A stretch of 32,453 nt of DNA from Pseudomonadota bacterium (GTDB lineage: Bacteria; Bdellovibrionota; FAC87; UBA2466): assembly GCA_043767805.1 (NCBI GenBank), contig JAYUGC010000084.1:1-32453 (forward strand), given 5' to 3'. The notes under the pieces were generated by a model. That model saw nothing but the letters and a program-made list of their open reading frames with translations. It did no database searches and had not been told where the DNA came from. The position numbers and the translations under genes are program-made. This document shows, one piece after another, positions 29,830 through 32,453 of the stretch. Positions within the stretch are counted from its first letter, which is position 1, and each line of letters starts with the position of its first letter.

Positions 29830-32238
29830 CTAAGTGGTTTGCGCTTTGAGGACGGCAAGCGCCCCTCTGATTTCAAAAGTGCGGTATCGAGGCAGCAGGA
29901 AAATAGTGCTGTAGCAAAATAATCCGCACAAGATGACCGCGTTGAATCCAAACAGCTGGGCGAGGATGGGGGCGAAACAGGCGATAAAAGTCCCCGCCGC
30001 TCCGTTGATGGCCCAAGCCCAGGTAGTAAGTCTAACGTCGTCTGCTTGGCACTGGGCGAGGCCGTAAGGCATGAATCGGCCCATTATGAGGGCCGGCACA
30101 GCGATGAGCAAAAGGGCAAAACTAGCTCTCGCGATCAAGGGCTGCCTCAAAATGAAATGAGTCAACGAGCTCTCGACCGCCACGAAAGCGAAGAGATAGG
30201 CGATGAGCCATAAAATATTGAGAGAAGGCGACGTGTTCCGCCCACCGCCTAAGAGGCTTCCGAGGCCGGTAAAAAAAACGATTCCTCCTAGAACCAGCGC
30301 GAGAGAAAGGCCAGTATCTCCCACCAGCAGCGACAGCTTGTGGACTAATCCGATTTCGATGAACATGAAACCCGCTCCCAACGCCCCGAAATAAACTAGA
30401 TGATTGAAATTTAGAACGTTCATCTTGATGCCTCCGCTTACCAAAGCGGGAGTGAGAATCGACACGGCTCCGGCGATTGCGATAAATAGCGCGACCACTA
30501 AACGAAACCGATCCGGGTCTAATCGCTCCAGATTAAACGCCGCCACCAAGAAGGCCGGGTTGGTCCACGCGTCCAGGCCGCGCACATTGAAAATGAAGGG
30601 TTTATCGTCGAAGGTTGCCTGAAAATCCTTTCCCGTGGTCTTTGCAATATTAGCAAGGACTGACTCAAAGTCGTCTCGGCCGAGAATCTCTTCGTAGATG
30701 CGGTACTCGGGGTGGACTAATCCATAGGGGGAGTAAAGCACGCTCATTCCCATGGATCGAGCTTCAAGGGAGATCCGCTCGACGTCTGAGGAAGTGAAGC
30801 CGTCCGGCTTGATTAAAAGGCGGTTTTGATCCCAGATCTGGTCCCACCGCGAATCCGGGCCAGCGGGATTACCTAAGAGGACGACGCTCTTTCTTGCCTC
30901 ACTTAGTCCCAGGCGACGGAACGCGTGTCTCAGATTGGCGAGCTGGCGGACTTTGTTGGTGTTGAGAATGACCAAGCCGCCGCCCGACCGCAAGCGGGAG
31001 ATCATGGCGGTTAAACCTTCCACAGTATAGACGTATTGAGTGGTATGCCCCATCGAGCCGGCGTAGTAGGCGGCTGTCGCCCCGCTAAAGGACGCAAGTA
31101 TTACGTCGTACTGGCTGGTATCTCTCTCTAGATACGCGCGGGCCTCGTCGATAACCAAGTGAATATTTGGTTTGGCAAAAAAGGCAGCGAGATTGAATTG
31201 TCCCAGCGCCATGGCGCCGTCATAGACTCGGTTATTGAGCTCGACGCCTGTGATGTCAGCCGTACCCTCCGTAAGCTTGTCGAGCGCCAGCATATCCGCG
31301 CCCGCGCCCGCCATTAAAATAAGCGCGCGCTTCGGGTGAGGGAGAAGAAGCGTGACTTGGAGAGCCGAGGTCTTTTGTCCCACAACCTTAGGGTTGCCTG
31401 AATCGAAATAATAAAGGTTGGCTTGCCCCTCGCCATTGCCGAGCATCAGCCGATAACTTGGCGGATTGCCGACGCGAATGGCGCCGACCCGAGAATAGCT
31501 GTTCCAGCCACTCCATATTTCTTCCACCGCGAGCGACTTATCCGCGGTTCGAGCTAACGTTTGCAGGTTGGGCCGAGGTTCCAGTTGATGCCGCCAGGGA
31601 ACAAAGACAGCCGCGAAGGCGGCTAGCGCGCAGGCCGAGAGGGCGAAAGAGCGTCGGATATCGACGTGGCCCCGAGCAAAACAACCGGCCGCCAAAATCG
31701 CGCTGAGGGAGGGCACGGCCAACGAAGCGGCGAACCAGCCCTGCTGCAAGATCAAGTAGGCCACCACACACCCTAACGCTCCCCCGGCCATGTCGTAGAA
31801 ATAGAGGGAGTTGAAATCGGCCCGCTTACTTTCCCGAAACACTAAGGAAATGAGAAGTCCGAAGAGCAAATAGGGGATAAGCATGGCGGCAACAACCACG
31901 GGAAAATACCGGCTCGCGGCCGCGTCCAAGGTCGTGCCATGCTCCAAGGCTCCGTTGATCCAATGTTTTGCGAGAGCGTTCACGTGGTACAGCACCAGGA
32001 ACGAAGCGGCGAGAAGAAGGGAAAGGGAAGTTCTCCACCCTGGTCGCGCGCGGTTTAGCCAGGCAGGACTCAAACAAGTTAGCGCGGAACCGGCTACGCT
32101 CAGCCCCATCATCGCAAGCGGAATCACCACCAAGACGTAACCCGAGCCCAAGGTGAATCCCAAAAAGCCGGCGCAAACTATTTCGAAAAAAAACACGCCT
32201 AGACTGGCGAGAAAAATGCCCACTCGAGTTGCGACCAT
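29830..32238 (-). CDS. Membrane protein with central spermidine-synthase-like SAM-binding domain
   Basis: About 7 N-terminal and 6-7 C-terminal TM segments around WNSYSRV...LILMAGAGADM...ITGVELN...DEARAYL...YDVIL...YTVEG. C-terminal YFGALGAGFMFIEI and WAWAINGA motifs. Confidence 0.8.
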   Translation of the reverse strand: MVATRVGIFLASLGVFFFEIVCAGFLGFTLGSGYVLVVIPLAMMGLSVAGSALTCLSPAWLNRARPGWRTSLSLLLAASFLVLYHVNALAKHWINGALEHGTTLDAAASRYFPVVVAAMLIPYLLFGLLISLVFRESKRADFNSLYFYDMAGGALGCVVAYLILQQGWFAASLAVPSLSAILAAGCFARGHVDIRRSFALSACALAAFAAVFVPWRHQLEPRPNLQTLARTADKSLAVEEIWSGWNSYSRVGAIRVGNPPSYRLMLGNGEGQANLYYFDSGNPKVVGQKTSALQVTLLLPHPKRALILMAGAGADMLALDKLTEGTADITGVELNNRVYDGAMALGQFNLAAFFAKPNIHLVIDEARAYLERDTSQYDVILASFSGATAAYYAGSMGHTTQYVYTVEGLTAMISRLRSGGGLVILNTNKVRQLANLRHAFRRLGLSEARKSVVLLGNPAGPDSRWDQIWDQNRLLIKPDGFTSSDVERISLEARSMGMSVLYSPYGLVHPEYRIYEEILGRDDFESVLANIAKTTGKDFQATFDDKPFIFNVRGLDAWTNPAFLVAAFNLERLDPDRFRLVVALFIAIAGAVSILTPALVSGGIKMNVLNFNHLVYFGALGAGFMFIEIGLVHKLSLLVGDTGLSLALVLGGIVFFTGLGSLLGGGRNTSPSLNILWLIAYLFAFVAVESSLTHFILRQPLIARASFALLLIAVPALIMGRFMPYGLAQCQADDVRLTTWAWAINGAAGTFIACFAPILAQLFGFNAVILCGLFCYSTIFLLPRYRTFEIRGALAVLKAQTT

Positions 32239-32355
32239 GAAGCCCTCTTTGGTTTGAGGAAGAAATTATTGCTTGTAGCCGCTCAGAAAGCACCTCCAAG
32301 ATTTTTTTGGGAGAATTGCGGCGGTGACACAAAGGGCCAGTAATGGGGGCACACT

Positions 32356-32453
32356 ATTGGGTAGGAGGGGGGCTCACGCCCCCCGTCCTCCCACACCACC
32401 GTACGTACGGTTCCGTATACGGCGGTTCATGTCCGAATTAAGTTTGAGCTGCT
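32356..32453 (-). mobile_element. 3' end of a class IIC group II intron (domains V and VI); remainder outside window
   Basis: Minus strand DV ACCGCCGTA-TACG-GAAC-CGTA-CG-TACGGTGGT (CCG triad, CG bulge). DVI GGG-AGGA-C-GGGGGGC-GTGA-GCCCCCC-TCCT-A-CCC with bulged A (32362) 7 nt from the terminal AAT. Confidence 0.93.

Noticed and set aside
32239..32355. attC/integron site at the intron 3' exon
   Set aside because: 3' exon begins AGTGTGCCCC, with no GTTRRRY core or attC-like symmetry seen.

Overview
GC-rich bacterial window, mostly core metabolism. Gene repertoire and protein style suggest a Bdellovibrionota/deltaproteobacterial-type organism (inference, not verified). Both ends are mobile elements missing from the ORF track: a partial HUH/Y1 (RAYT/IS200-like) transposase gene at 1-560 (-) and the 3' end (domains V-VI) of a class IIC group II intron at 32356-32453 (-). 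Between them: a pyrB-pyrC-carA-(hypothetical)-carB-greA operon (-); a divergent pdxS-pdxT-rhomboid/derlin-like-ogt operon (+); dedA; rpoH; a secreted protein; a monofunctional P5C dehydrogenase; an 89-aa very basic protein with an internal duplication; a tightly coupled heme operon hemA-hemC-hemD-hemB-hemL-[sensor kinase-OmpR-type regulator]-hemE-hemN (-); a secreted helical-repeat protein; a probable outer-membrane beta-barrel; a YyaL-like thioredoxin protein with a Rieske ferredoxin; and a membrane-fused spermidine-synthase-like protein. Best leads: (1) a two-component system embedded in the heme operon, plus an 11-bp-spaced ATGTCAY direct repeat over the hemA promoter, suggesting an uncharacterised heme/tetrapyrrole-linked circuit; (2) the small basic tandem-repeat protein as a candidate nucleoid protein; (3) a sigma-54-like promoter placing +1 on the ATG of the transposase, next to palindromes; (4) several apparently leaderless genes; (5) HemA with a degenerate NADPH-binding loop. 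No database searches were run, so novelty is unconfirmed.
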